Shown in pieces: positions 47,961-57,760 of a DNA stretch of 64,000 nucleotides; position 1 is the stretch's first letter; the number at the start of each line of letters is the position of its first letter. Under the pieces are notes generated by a model. The model was not told where the DNA came from and ran no database searches. It saw nothing but the letters and a program-made list of their open reading frames with translations. The translations under genes and the position numbers were made by a program. The DNA lies in contig DAOUFR010000011.1 in NCBI GenBank assembly GCA_034429715.1, positions 1,601 to 65,600 of the forward strand. Direction: 5' to 3'. The DNA is from Dehalococcoidia bacterium. GTDB lineage: Bacteria; Chloroflexota; Dehalococcoidia; GIF9; UBA5629.

Positions 47961-49064
47961 TCAGCGTGTGATCAAAGGTTGTCCCTGGTATTTAATAGAT
48001 AGAATAGCCGTTTCGGCCTTGGTCACTGCCGTGCTTGCCAGGCTGCCATAGCTAAGCGCGCTGGTATAATGCTGGCCGTCGTGAATCGCCCACCAGAGCA
48101 TTTTAACCAGGGCTTCTCCCTTGTCCTTATCTTTCTGGTTGGTATATACCAGTATCCAGGTGAATCCAGCGATGGGATAGGCTTGCGGATTGGACGAGTC
48201 GGTCAGCATAACCTTCATATCGTCCGGCAGCGACACGCCTTCCGCTGCTTTTGTGGTCGCCTCCAGCGAAGGTTCGACAAAGTTACCAGCCGAGTTCTTC
48301 AGCTTCGCCCATGCCAGTTTGTTTTGTTCGGCATAGGCCAGTTCCACGTATCCAATAGAGTTGGGGATCTGCTGCACCTGCCCGGCCACACCGGCATTGC
48401 CCTGACCACCGATATCGCCGGGCCATTTGACGGATGTGGCATTGCCCACTTTTGAACTCCAATCCTGACTGACCTTGGAAAGGTAATTGGTGAAGATATA
48501 AGTTGTGCCCGATCCATCAGAGCGGAAGACGACAGCAATGGGTGCATCCGGTAACTTCAGGTCCGGATTAAGTGATGCTATTGCTTGGTCATTCCACCTG
48601 GTAATCTTCTTAAGATAGATATCGGCCAGCATCTCGCCTGTGAGTTTAAGCCGGCCCGTGTCTATATCGGCCAGGTTGTATATGACAGCTACAGATCCGC
48701 TGGCCATGGGAATATGTAGAATAGTCCCGTTCTTTTGTTCTGCCTTGGTTATTTGCGCTTCAGTCATAATGCCATCGCTGGCGCCGAAATCAACCGTACC
48801 CTCGGTGATCTGGCTGATGCCACCACCCGATCCGATGGGCTGGTAATTGACCTTTACACCGGTGAGTTTGTTATACTCGTCAAACCACTTGGTGTAAAGG
48901 GGAGCAGGAAAGGTAGCCCCCGCCCCATTCAGGTTAATTGACTTCGCCGGCGTTACTGTCGAAGCCGCAGGGCTGCCTGACGGAGAGCTGCAACCTGCAA
49001 ACGCAACTGCTGCTATCAGGATTGCAGCCATGCCTGCAAACCAGTTTTTGCTCCATTTACTCAA
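47961..49064 (-). CDS. pstS: Phosphate-binding lipoprotein
   Basis: Lipobox FAGC, GAGATFP, GSGGG, RSDGSGTT, YPIAGFTW. Confidence 0.95.
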   Translation of the reverse strand: MSKWSKNWFAGMAAILIAAVAFAGCSSPSGSPAASTVTPAKSINLNGAGATFPAPLYTKWFDEYNKLTGVKVNYQPIGSGGGISQITEGTVDFGASDGIMTEAQITKAEQKNGTILHIPMASGSVAVIYNLADIDTGRLKLTGEMLADIYLKKITRWNDQAIASLNPDLKLPDAPIAVVFRSDGSGTTYIFTNYLSKVSQDWSSKVGNATSVKWPGDIGGQGNAGVAGQVQQIPNSIGYVELAYAEQNKLAWAKLKNSAGNFVEPSLEATTKAAEGVSLPDDMKVMLTDSSNPQAYPIAGFTWILVYTNQKDKDKGEALVKMLWWAIHDGQHYTSALSYGSLASTAVTKAETAILSIKYQGQPLITR

Positions 49065-49134
49065 GGTGTTCTCCTTCTAATAAATTATTTCAGCGGCATA
49101 AGCATTTGCCACTAAATTAAGTCTATATCCGCTA

Positions 49135-49173
49135 TATAAAGGAAGCATTAATCCAATATTAAATTTGTGTTAA
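49135..49173 (-). promoter_or_regulatory. Pho box: four TT(A/T)A(C/T)(A/G)-like hexamers at 11-bp spacing upstream of pstS
   Basis: Minus strand TTAACA-caaat-TTAATA-ttgga-TTAATG-cttcc-TTTATA, matching the Gram-positive PhoP TT(A/T/C)ACA repeat architecture. Confidence 0.75.
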
Positions 49174-49190
49174 AACCTGCGATGCGCAGT

Positions 49191-50204
49191 TCAGGCGCCC
49201 ATTGGAAGAGTGAAAAAGAAGGTCGATCCTTTGCCCTCAACACTTTCTACCCATATTTTGCCGCCGTGAGCAGCGATAATATGGCGTGATATGGCCAGTC
49301 CCAAACCGGTACCCTCATCATCCCTGGCCTTATTGACCTTATAGAAACGCTCGAAAATGCGCGGCAGTTCGTCGGCCGGTATCCCGATGCCAGTATCGCT
49401 CACAGAAAAAAGCACATCACTGCCCTGTTTATCAACCTGAATAGAAATCGAACCGCCCGGATTCGTAAATTTTATTGCATTGTGAATTATGTTCAACAAT
49501 ACCTGCTCGATTCTATATTGATCGATGACCAGATCAGGTAAATCGGGGTGGATATCCAGATTCAAGCTCAGGTTTTTTTTATCTGATTGCGCCTGTAAGC
49601 GCTGCACCACCTGTTTGACCAGGGAATCTATTTTCAGTGTGTCTTTAATCAGCGCCGGCTCCCTATTCTCCAGCCGGGAAAGCTCTGTCAGCTCGTCTGT
49701 CATACGAGCCAGCTTATCGGCCTCTATATTTATTTTCCGCAGGAAATCCTTGTAAACCTCGCTATCTATCGGTGCTCCATCGGCCAGTGTTTCAGCAATC
49801 AGTTTTATAGAGGAAATGGGGGTGCGAAACTCATGCGACACGTTGGAGATAAAGTCCCTGCGTATCTCTTCCAGATGGCGCTTCTCGCTAAGGTCCTTCA
49901 CAATTACGATATAGCTGTGGGTTTCGGCGCCGGGGCAGACTTTTAAATCGAGGTACTGGTTTTTTCCGCGAATCTTGACTGCTGCAGTCTGCGGAACGCC
50001 GGTGCTGATGCATTTCTTCACAAGGGCGTCGCACTCATAGTCCCTGACGGCCTCGATAAACGACATGTTCCCACTTTTATCGTCAGCAATGTTGAATATG
50101 CGCGCGGCGGCCTGGTTCATATACCGGATCTCTCGGCGCTCGCCAAGCACAAATATTCCCTCATCGATCAATGATAAAAGATATAAATAACCTGTATCAG
50201 GCAT
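49191..50204 (-). CDS. phoR: PhoR-like PAS sensor histidine kinase (no transmembrane segment)
   Basis: VSHEFRTP (H box), NAIKFT, DTGIGI, FERFYKV, GTGLGL; sits between phoB and pstS. Confidence 0.9.
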   Translation of the reverse strand: MPDTGYLYLLSLIDEGIFVLGERREIRYMNQAAARIFNIADDKSGNMSFIEAVRDYECDALVKKCISTGVPQTAAVKIRGKNQYLDLKVCPGAETHSYIVIVKDLSEKRHLEEIRRDFISNVSHEFRTPISSIKLIAETLADGAPIDSEVYKDFLRKINIEADKLARMTDELTELSRLENREPALIKDTLKIDSLVKQVVQRLQAQSDKKNLSLNLDIHPDLPDLVIDQYRIEQVLLNIIHNAIKFTNPGGSISIQVDKQGSDVLFSVSDTGIGIPADELPRIFERFYKVNKARDDEGTGLGLAISRHIIAAHGGKIWVESVEGKGSTFFFTLPMGA

Positions 50205-50221
50205 TTTCGGGCCGCCCGCAA

Positions 50222-50923
50222 TCAGCCGGCAAATTTATACCCATATCCTCGCACTGTGAGCAGGTACCGCGGATTATCGGGATCCGTTTCCAGCTTGCGA
50301 CGCATCCATCGCATATGGACGTCGACCGTCCTGTCATTTCCTATGAAGTCATAACCCCATACCTTTCTTAATATCTGCTCCCTGCTGATAACCTGCCCGC
50401 GATTGCTCAGAAGCAATACCAGCAGCTCAAATTCCTTGGGATTTAACTCCACCTTTGTTCCGCTCCTGCTCACTTCGTGCTTCTTGAGATCGACTGTTAT
50501 ATCGCCGGCCTCAAGAAATCCACTGCTTCCAGCGGCAGCCGTTCCTGCGTCTTTTACGGCTTCAGAACGTCTCAACACGGCTTTGATCCTGGATAACAGT
50601 TCGCGCATGCTGAAGGGCTTGGTGACGTAATCGTCCGCTCCCAGCTCCAGGCCCACCACCCTGTCCACTTCCTCCGACCTGGCGGTCAGCATGATGATGG
50701 GTACCTGTGATTCCGCACGGATTATCCTGCATACTTCTGTCCCGCTCATAATCGGCAGCATGATATCCAGAATGATCAACGCAGGCTTATTGCTGCGATA
50801 CATCTCCAGCGCTTGGGCCCCATCGCCGGCCGTCAGCACGCCATAACCCTCTTTTTTAAGGTTATACTGAAGCAGCTCTCTCAGAGTATCGTCATCTTCG
50901 ACTACAAGAATACTGGCATTCAT
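50222..50923 (-). CDS. phoB: PhoB/PhoP-like OmpR-family response regulator
   Basis: LVVEDD, LDIMLP, GADDYVTKPF, RTVDVH, TVRGYGY. Start placed at ATG 50923. Confidence 0.9.
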   Translation of the reverse strand: MNASILVVEDDDTLRELLQYNLKKEGYGVLTAGDGAQALEMYRSNKPALIILDIMLPIMSGTEVCRIIRAESQVPIIMLTARSEEVDRVVGLELGADDYVTKPFSMRELLSRIKAVLRRSEAVKDAGTAAAGSSGFLEAGDITVDLKKHEVSRSGTKVELNPKEFELLVLLLSNRGQVISREQILRKVWGYDFIGNDRTVDVHMRWMRRKLETDPDNPRYLLTVRGYGYKFAG

Positions 50924-50972
50924 AGAACTGTTAAATAAATACCTGCCGTTTATTGCCAACTAAGCATAAAAC

Positions 50973-51007
50973 AAACACTCGCAGCATTACAAACGCTGCG
51001 AGTGTTT
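50973..51007 (-). terminator. Intrinsic terminator of the second sigma gene
   Basis: AAACACTCGCAGC-N9-GCTGCGAGTGTTT 13-bp stem; T-rich tail on the minus strand. Confidence 0.8.
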
Positions 51008-51029
51008 CAAATGTTTAACAACCGAATGC

Positions 51030-52463
51030 TTAAGCTAAATAGTCGATCAGTTTGCGGCTGCGGCTGGGGTGTCTGAGCTTGGCCAGCGCTTCTTTTTCAA
51101 TCTGCCTGATTCTTTCACGCGTCAGGCCGAACTCGTGCCCGACTTCTTTCAGAGTCAAGCCCTGCTCGTTGTCCAGGCCGTAACGCATTTCGATGATCTT
51201 GCGCTCGCGGTCGGTCAGCGAGGACAGGACATCCCTGAACTGTTGCCTGAGCATGCTGTTGGCCGCCTCATCCTCAGGCGCCGGATTGACTTCATCCTGT
51301 ATGAAGTCGCTCAACTGGCTCTCATCATCGCCGATGGGGATATCCAATGATACCGGCTCTGCGTAAAGAATACTCACCAGCCAGTCTATCTTGTCGGTTT
51401 CGACCCCCATTTCGGTGGCGATCTCATCGCTGGTCGGTTTTCGCCCCAGCTTCTGCAAGAGCTTTTGCCGGGCGTTATTCATCTTGGTAATGGTCTCGAC
51501 CGTATGTACTGGCAGTCGAATGGTCCTCGACTGGTCGGATATTACCCTGTTGATGGCCTGCCTGATCCACCAGGTGGCATAGGTGCTGAATTTAAATCCG
51601 CGCCTGTAATCGAATTTCTCCACGGCGCGCATCAGGCCTATGTTCCCCTCCTGGATGAGGTCGGAAAGCGGCATGCCGCGCGCCCTGTATTTCTTGGCCA
51701 TGCTCAGCACAAGCCTTAGATTAGCCTTGATCATGTGCTCAGCCGCCTCGCGGCCGGATTTTTTCAAAGCCGCGAAATGCTCCCGCAGTCTGAGATTCAT
51801 GGTCTCGAGGTACCTGGCAAATTCCGGTTTGGCCGAGGCTTCTTTCAACTCGGCAATGCTCTTATACTCGTGGTAGCCGTCTATTATCTGCCATGGTATA
51901 AGGCGCGTAACAATTGAAAGCTCGGTTATGTCCTGCAGCGCCTCTTCTGTCTCAGCATGAGTAGCCTTGGCTGCGAACTGCACCGTCTCCTCAATGATCA
52001 CGTCGTCGATACGGGCCCTCAGCGCGCTGTCCGAGACTTTCATTGAAAGGATTGTTGCGCCGGACGAATGATAATGCTTGAACAGCTTTTCCAGCAGGCT
52101 TCCGTGAACCGCCAGGCGTGATATCAGGAAACGTATAACATCGACCTCGCGGGACCTCCTGGGAGTTACGGCGGGCAACTGCTTCTCAACGTGGGAAAGA
52201 TAGTTGGCCAACTCCATGCGGCTGCTCAGAATCTTCTCATCCCTGGATGTGAGCAGGGGAGTTTTGCTGCATTCGGCAATATACAGGCTGACCGAATCCT
52301 CGGAGTAATCGGTGCTTTTTCTGTCGTCGGGGAAAACAACGTCTTCCACATCAGCTTTAACGTAAGCTGATTCACTGGATGTCCTGTTGCCTTCTATGTG
52401 CTCTAATCCCCAGTCGATACCAATTTTTTCCATGGTCTTTACACCTTGTTTTGTCTTAGCCAT
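51030..52463 (-). CDS. Second RpoD-like (group 1/2) sigma-70 factor
   Basis: [10 protein letters not shown] (region 1.2), [49 protein letters not shown]. Start placed at ATG 52463. Confidence 0.92.
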   Translation of the reverse strand: MAKTKQGVKTMEKIGIDWGLEHIEGNRTSSESAYVKADVEDVVFPDDRKSTDYSEDSVSLYIAECSKTPLLTSRDEKILSSRMELANYLSHVEKQLPAVTPRRSREVDVIRFLISRLAVHGSLLEKLFKHYHSSGATILSMKVSDSALRARIDDVIIEETVQFAAKATHAETEEALQDITELSIVTRLIPWQIIDGYHEYKSIAELKEASAKPEFARYLETMNLRLREHFAALKKSGREAAEHMIKANLRLVLSMAKKYRARGMPLSDLIQEGNIGLMRAVEKFDYRRGFKFSTYATWWIRQAINRVISDQSRTIRLPVHTVETITKMNNARQKLLQKLGRKPTSDEIATEMGVETDKIDWLVSILYAEPVSLDIPIGDDESQLSDFIQDEVNPAPEDEAANSMLRQQFRDVLSSLTDRERKIIEMRYGLDNEQGLTLKEVGHEFGLTRERIRQIEKEALAKLRHPSRSRKLIDYLA

Positions 52464-52501
52464 ATCAATAAACTCCTTCCGCAATCACCAACTTCGCGGA
52501 G

Positions 52502-52540
52502 TGTAACCATTCAACAATAAAATTGTGAATTCTTTATGAA
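52502..52540 (-). promoter_or_regulatory. Possible Pho box upstream of the second sigma gene
   Basis: Minus strand TTCATA, TTCACA (+11) and GTTACA (+33) are in 11-bp register; the +22 position does not match. Confidence 0.4.
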
Positions 52541-52690
52541 TTTTCAGCACAAATATAATAATCTATACCGGTTTGCCGGTAAGCGACTTAGGTCGCAAAT
52601 AGTAAAACGTACCGAATGGTAAAAAGGTTGCGGCGGAAACAATAACAATAGCCCGATTAAATAAGGATGAGAGTCCGGCGGGGGCTGCCG

Positions 52691-52921
52691 TCAGCTTTCC
52701 AGGGCAACGATCTCAAACGGACACTGTAGTGCTCCGGTTGCGCAAACAAGCTCGCAGTCGGTGCACCATCCGCAGTTATCAACTTCGAGTATAGACACGG
52801 TATTATCACTGAGCACGAGGGCGCCGCATTTGCATACCGTAACGCAAAGGCCGCATCCGTCGCACCTGGCATGGTCAATGACGGGCATTATGGGCAATCG
52901 GTTCTTCTCCTCGGATAACAT
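52691..52921 (-). CDS. 2[4Fe-4S] ferredoxin-like protein
   Basis: CDGCGLCVTVC and CGWCTDCELVCATGA. Confidence 0.88.
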   Translation of the reverse strand: MLSEEKNRLPIMPVIDHARCDGCGLCVTVCKCGALVLSDNTVSILEVDNCGWCTDCELVCATGALQCPFEIVALES

Positions 52922-52980
52922 GTCTATTATTTACAATATTTTATCTCTTTACCGTGCAGTATAATGTAACCTATATCACC

Positions 52981-53652
52981 TCAGTTCAATCCTGCCAACC
53001 GGTCCAGGTAGCTCCGGTCCTTGATAACAATACGGTGCCTTTCCAGACTGATTGCGCCGCTGTCCTCCAGATTCTTGAGAGACCTGCCCACAACTTCCCT
53101 GGCGGTCCCGGCCATGGCCGCCATCTCGTATTGAGTCAACCTCTGATAGCCTTCAGGCCCGGGGGCTGCATTCTGCAATAGTATTTTAGCCACGCGACCG
53201 GTGACGTTTTTGAAGGACAGGTCTTCCACAAGGGTCAAAAGCAAACGCGCCTGCTCCGATAATATCTCGAGGGCATTGCGCACTATGCGCCAGTTCTTCT
53301 CCATGACGGGCAACAGGTCATTCTTATGTATCCAGTATATTATGGTGGTATTGCCCAGTGCCTGTGCGCTGTAAGGACAGAAGCTGCCCCCGAAAACCGC
53401 CACGTCGTTGAACGACTCGCCCGGCCGGACTATCTTAATAATCTGCTCTTTGCCCTCGGACGAGGTCTTGTATATTTTAACCACGCCCGTATTGACGAAA
53501 TGCAGGTTCTCCTGTTTATCCCCCTCGGATACGATGGTCTGTCCTTTGATGAAAGACTTGCTGTTAAACAGGGACGGCAAACCCGACAGCCTGTCGTTTT
53601 CAACGCCGTTAAAATAACTCAGCCGGCTTATACTCTCAATCGTTATATTCAT
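52981..53652 (-). CDS. Crp/Fnr-family transcriptional regulator
   Basis: cNMP-binding fold (GVVKIYKTSSEGKEQII..PGESF) and HTH LTQYEMAAMAGTAREVVGRSL. Confidence 0.92.
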   Translation of the reverse strand: MNITIESISRLSYFNGVENDRLSGLPSLFNSKSFIKGQTIVSEGDKQENLHFVNTGVVKIYKTSSEGKEQIIKIVRPGESFNDVAVFGGSFCPYSAQALGNTTIIYWIHKNDLLPVMEKNWRIVRNALEILSEQARLLLTLVEDLSFKNVTGRVAKILLQNAAPGPEGYQRLTQYEMAAMAGTAREVVGRSLKNLEDSGAISLERHRIVIKDRSYLDRLAGLN

Positions 53653-53765
53653 TATACTTACGTCAATGCTTGAAATTTATCAAATTATACCAGTCCCTGC
53701 ACTATTATGAAATGGCCCGCGCTATCCCTCCAGGGGCAATAACGCACGCTTTAAATCCATGCAGT

Positions 53766-53795
53766 TTGACTGGAAATTATTCAAGTCCTTATAAT
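53766..53795 (+). promoter_or_regulatory. sigma70 promoter of the riboswitch/CDF transcript
   Basis: TTGACT, 18-nt spacer, TATAAT; predicted start site coincides with riboswitch P1 at about 53801. Confidence 0.8.
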
Positions 53796-53800
53796 GTGCT

Positions 53801-53895
53801 AACCTGCAACAGACGCTGCCGCACATATATGGCGCGGTCGGGCCAAAAGCAACGGACTATGACTCCGTGGGAACACAGGTTCCACGGAGTTTTAT
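53801..53895 (+). ncRNA. NiCo (czcD) metal-sensing riboswitch with overlapping terminator
   Basis: P1 AACCTG/CAGGTT; conserved blocks CAGAC..GGTCGGGCC..GCAAC..GTGGGA; P4 ACGGA/TCCGT; alternative terminator ACTCCGTGGGAAC..GTTCCACGGAGT-TTTT; upstream of a CDF gene. Confidence 0.78.
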
Positions 53896-53905
53896 TAATT
53901 TAAAT

Positions 53906-54901
53906 ATGGAAATTCAGAAACAGAAGACTTCTGTAGCGCTGCTGTCGGTGGCGTCTAACTGCATGCTGGTTATCCTTAAGCTGATAGCCGGCATACTTAC
54001 AGGGTCCATCTCGATACTGTCCGAGGCGGCGCATTCCTCCATGGACCTGATCGCCTCGGTCATAGCTTTCTTTGCCGTGCGAATCTCGGCCAGGCGTCCG
54101 GATGCAGAGCACCCCTTCGGCCACGGCAAGGTCGAGGACATCTCCGCCCTGGCAGAGGCGCTGCTGATCGTCATAGCCGCCGTCTGGATCGTGGTGGAAG
54201 CAGTCAACAAGATAATAGCCCCCCAGCCGCTGGAAACGATCGACTGGGGCATCGCTGTGATGATGCTGTCTGTGGTGGCCAATATAATCGTATCGCAACT
54301 CCTTTTTACCGTGGGTAAAAGGGCGGATTCGCCTGCCCTTATCGCAGATGCCTGGCACCTCCGCACCGACGTCTGGACTTCCGCAGGGGTGCTGACAGGC
54401 CTGGCGGTCATCTGGGTGGGCGCCAGATTGTGGCCGAATATAAATTTGACCTGGATCGATCCGGCGGCGGCCATTTTAGTGGCCACGCTGATCCTGCGGG
54501 CAGCCGTCAACCTGACCTTGGGAGCAACCAAAGACCTTATCGACACCAGCCCGCCGGCCCACGAACTGTACTGGCTGTCGAGTTACCTGCAGAGCTGGTA
54601 TCCCACCGTAAGGTCCATCCACCGCATCCGCACCAGGAAATCCGGCGCCGCGCGCTTTATAGACCTTCATATCGTGGTGGACCCCGCTATGACAGTCAGC
54701 GATTCCCATGAAATCACCGAGAAGATGACCGCGGCAGTGAGGGAAAAACTGAGCGGGGCAGACCTGACGGTGCATATTGAACCCTGCGACGGCCTGTGTA
54801 AAAAAGCCTGCGCCAGCGGTTGCATGCTGCCCTCAGAGGAGAGAACAGCCATACAGCAGGAGGCGGCGGCGGCGGTCAAAAAGGCCAGGCAAACGATTTG
54901 A
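53906..54901 (+). CDS. Cation diffusion facilitator (CzcD/FieF-like) with a Cys-rich tail
   Basis: SEAAHSSMD, HPFGHGKVE, DAWHLRTD, IHRIRTRKSG, VHIEP, then CDGLCKKACASGC. Start placed at ATG 53906. Confidence 0.92.
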   Translation: MEIQKQKTSVALLSVASNCMLVILKLIAGILTGSISILSEAAHSSMDLIASVIAFFAVRISARRPDAEHPFGHGKVEDISALAEALLIVIAAVWIVVEAVNKIIAPQPLETIDWGIAVMMLSVVANIIVSQLLFTVGKRADSPALIADAWHLRTDVWTSAGVLTGLAVIWVGARLWPNINLTWIDPAAAILVATLILRAAVNLTLGATKDLIDTSPPAHELYWLSSYLQSWYPTVRSIHRIRTRKSGAARFIDLHIVVDPAMTVSDSHEITEKMTAAVREKLSGADLTVHIEPCDGLCKKACASGCMLPSEERTAIQQEAAAAVKKARQTI

Positions 54902-54947
54902 TAGGGATGGCTGTCAGTTAAATATCAGCAATAGTGAGGTGGATCGA

Positions 54948-56090
54948 ATGGCAATCAGCAGTTTTTATATGCCCATCAGGTTTATCATCGGTCAGGGAAG
55001 CTTCTCAAGGCTGGGAAAGGAAGCCGCCCGCCTGGGCAAGTCTGCCCTATTGGTCACAGGATCGCGCAGCATGCGCTCTTCGGGCATGCTTGATAGGGCG
55101 ACAGGTGACCTTGCGGCCAACGGTGTCACGTCAGTTATTTTCGACAAGGTGGAGCCCAATCCTCGCACATCCACGATCGACACTGCTGCCAGGATTGCGC
55201 GGGACAAGAGGGTCGAGATGGTCATCGCGCTGGGCGGAGGCAGCGTGATGGACGCCTCCAAATGCATCGCCCTGGCCGCAGCGGGAGGAGAGCCTATTTT
55301 CTCCTACTATGAAGGTAAAGCCAACAGCAAGATAAAGGCTCTTCCAATCATAGCCGTGCCTACAGTGGCAGCCAGCGGGTCCGAAGCCAACAACGGGGCG
55401 GTCATTACGAACTGGGAGACGCATGAAAAAGTGGTCCTCATGCATCCCTCCGTTTATCCGGCAATATCCATCGTCGATCCCGCCCTGACCTTAACCGTCC
55501 CGGCCAAAACGACAGCCCAGGGGGGTGTGGACATCTTCTGCCACCTGGTCGAAGCTTACGTCACGGCACATGAATTCACACTGATCAATGATGGGCTGCG
55601 CGAATCGTCCATGCGCACGGTGGTCGAAGTGCTTCCGGATGTGCTGGCCAGGCTCGACGATATAGAGGGACGTTCCAGATTAACCTGGGCCAGCACCATA
55701 GCCTGCTCGCAGTTTGCCAACCTTGGAGGCGGCACGGGCCTCATGTCGTTACATGGACTGGAGCACGCACTGAGCGCGTTTTACGATCTGGCCCATGGTG
55801 ATGGCCTGGCTGCGCTGCTGATTGAATGGATGAAGTTCACCCTTCCATCCCGCCGGGAACGCGTCGAAAAGCTCGGACAGAACGTGTTCGCAGCCAGCGA
55901 TGGCATAGCGGCGACGCAGAACTGGCTGCATAAAGTCGGCATGGACCACAGGCTGCGCGCCCTCGGTGTTAAGGAAGCGGATCTCGAGGCTCTGGCCGAC
56001 AACGCCCTCAGGACGGCTCCCTGGGTCAAGTTCCACCCAATCCCGCTGGATAAAGAAGCTATTGTAGCTATATATAAGAAATCCTGGTGA
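54948..56090 (+). CDS. Iron-containing alcohol dehydrogenase
   Basis: VEPNP, GGGSVMDASK, VPTVAASGSE, DIFCHLVEAY, HGLEHALS, HGDGLA. Start placed at ATG 54948. Confidence 0.93.
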   Translation: MAISSFYMPIRFIIGQGSFSRLGKEAARLGKSALLVTGSRSMRSSGMLDRATGDLAANGVTSVIFDKVEPNPRTSTIDTAARIARDKRVEMVIALGGGSVMDASKCIALAAAGGEPIFSYYEGKANSKIKALPIIAVPTVAASGSEANNGAVITNWETHEKVVLMHPSVYPAISIVDPALTLTVPAKTTAQGGVDIFCHLVEAYVTAHEFTLINDGLRESSMRTVVEVLPDVLARLDDIEGRSRLTWASTIACSQFANLGGGTGLMSLHGLEHALSAFYDLAHGDGLAALLIEWMKFTLPSRRERVEKLGQNVFAASDGIAATQNWLHKVGMDHRLRALGVKEADLEALADNALRTAPWVKFHPIPLDKEAIVAIYKKSW

Positions 56091-56307
56091 GGATCAAAAT
56101 ATTGGCTGATAGGCCCCGAGGTCGTTGGTTCAAATATTGCTTAAGAGATAGTAAATTATTAGTTCAATCATTCAATCGAAATCAGCATCAACTACTACAG
56201 TGCCTCATGACAGCAATGTAGCTTGGCAAGATGAGCTTACTATCAGGGAATTGTCATCAAATAATATCAACCTTTTTTACCGAATCGTGACCAAAGACAT
56301 TTAATAA

Positions 56308-57717
56308 TTAGATTGTATCCAAATTCTCTATCCCCTCTATTGGGCTGGCTGTGTCTTTATCTAGTATTTTTTGCGCAACTTTTTCTATTTTATCTTTGAA
56401 TTGATCTTTATTAATACCTGCGTCGTCTAGAATTGATAACATATGCTCTGCAACATTCTTTACTTGTTCCTCATTAGTAGCACCGAAAGCATCTCTGGGG
56501 GCTCTAGTTCCCAATGGCCATATATTATTCTGAATAAGGTGTGATATTTCTAATTCTGTAACTTTTTCTTTATGTATTTGGTGTTCCTCTATATCCTTAA
56601 AAATTGTGAGTGGTTGGCGTTCATATGGTTGTATATCATCATCCAAACCTAATAACACTCTGCAAAACGCTAAATGACCATAAAATATATTTTCCATTCG
56701 ATCATAATATGAAAGAGCATAAGCTAAATCTGCGCCGGAAAGAACCACCTTATAGCTATCTCCACTACGATATGCTGAAATGGCTGATACTATCTTCATA
56801 TCCCAGTCTTTTAGAGTACTTGAACTATCAAGGGAACGAAGCGATTGAACATCTTGAAATAGCTGTTTAAGTACTACGTGCAGTTTAGATTCTTGTAGAT
56901 TGCCTGAAGTACGATCGAAAGTTAGAAATATTCCTTGATGTAATGCAGCTTCGATGATCTTTGTACTTAATTCCTGTCCGCTTGTTCTACCTATAAGCGC
57001 CATACCCAACGGTAATACTAGATCATCCACCACTTCAATTTGTTTATAGATATCTTTGGCTGAAATATTCAGTTGTTTTCTCACTTTACTCATGTAATGA
57101 TGAGGTAGAAATACACTGGTACGTCTACGACTTACGAGATGTGTAAGATTCAATAATAATTCTGATAACAAAGAATATCTAATCTGTTTCTCCACTAGAT
57201 TTCTACCCAAGTTCATCCTATTGGATAAAGATTCCATCAATTCCTTAAAATCATTAAAACGAGTTAGCCAACTTGGTGCACCCTCTATATCTGGTTGTTG
57301 AATTTCTTCAATAAATGACTTTAAATGTTTTGGATCATCAATACCTGATGCTAATTGTTTCTTGCGTGTATTTTGAAGTAACATCTCCGTATCTCTTCGT
57401 AAATAGAAGAATAATCGTGGTCGCTGCGACGACATGAATGCATTTCTTGCCACTCTATATTCCTGTCGTGTTATCGAAACTCCTTCTTCAAATAGGCTCC
57501 CCCTTGTATTGCCTACTAGTAATATATAGTAGTCACAGTTATTGATATTCTCGAAGCATTCATCAAATGCTGTGCGGTCACCTTTAATATCAAAATCAGA
57601 GGCTTCTGATTGATACACAATAAATCCTTGCTCATTTAACGTAAAAGATATTGCTGATCTCAGATCACGAAATTCTTTGATAGTTGACGAGATAAATATA
57701 GAGGGTTGATTACTCAC
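56308..57717 (-). CDS. DUF4062 (TIR/nucleoside deoxyribosyltransferase-like) domain protein with an unknown C-terminal region
   Basis: IFISSTIKEFRDLR..CFENINNCDYYILLVG..GS..SITRQEY matches the DUF4062 signature; GTG start with GGAGG RBS. Confidence 0.82.
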   Translation of the reverse strand: MSNQPSIFISSTIKEFRDLRSAISFTLNEQGFIVYQSEASDFDIKGDRTAFDECFENINNCDYYILLVGNTRGSLFEEGVSITRQEYRVARNAFMSSQRPRLFFYLRRDTEMLLQNTRKKQLASGIDDPKHLKSFIEEIQQPDIEGAPSWLTRFNDFKELMESLSNRMNLGRNLVEKQIRYSLLSELLLNLTHLVSRRRTSVFLPHHYMSKVRKQLNISAKDIYKQIEVVDDLVLPLGMALIGRTSGQELSTKIIEAALHQGIFLTFDRTSGNLQESKLHVVLKQLFQDVQSLRSLDSSSTLKDWDMKIVSAISAYRSGDSYKVVLSGADLAYALSYYDRMENIFYGHLAFCRVLLGLDDDIQPYERQPLTIFKDIEEHQIHKEKVTELEISHLIQNNIWPLGTRAPRDAFGATNEEQVKNVAEHMLSILDDAGINKDQFKDKIEKVAQKILDKDTASPIEGIENLDTI

Positions 57718-57760
57718 AATTTAGTACCTCCCAAATCTCTCTCAAATATTTTAACGACGT

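Noticed and set aside
52560-52690. Possible riboswitch (c-di-GMP-like GGCAAACC) upstream of the second sigma
   Set aside because: Only two small hairpins (ACCGG-CAAA-CCGGT, GCGAC-CTAA-GTCGC); the tetraloop/receptor and second conserved block are absent.
54777-54947. N-terminal extension of the Fe-ADH ORF
   Set aside because: Overlaps the CDF C-terminus; the RBS (GAGGTGG) supports ATG 54948.
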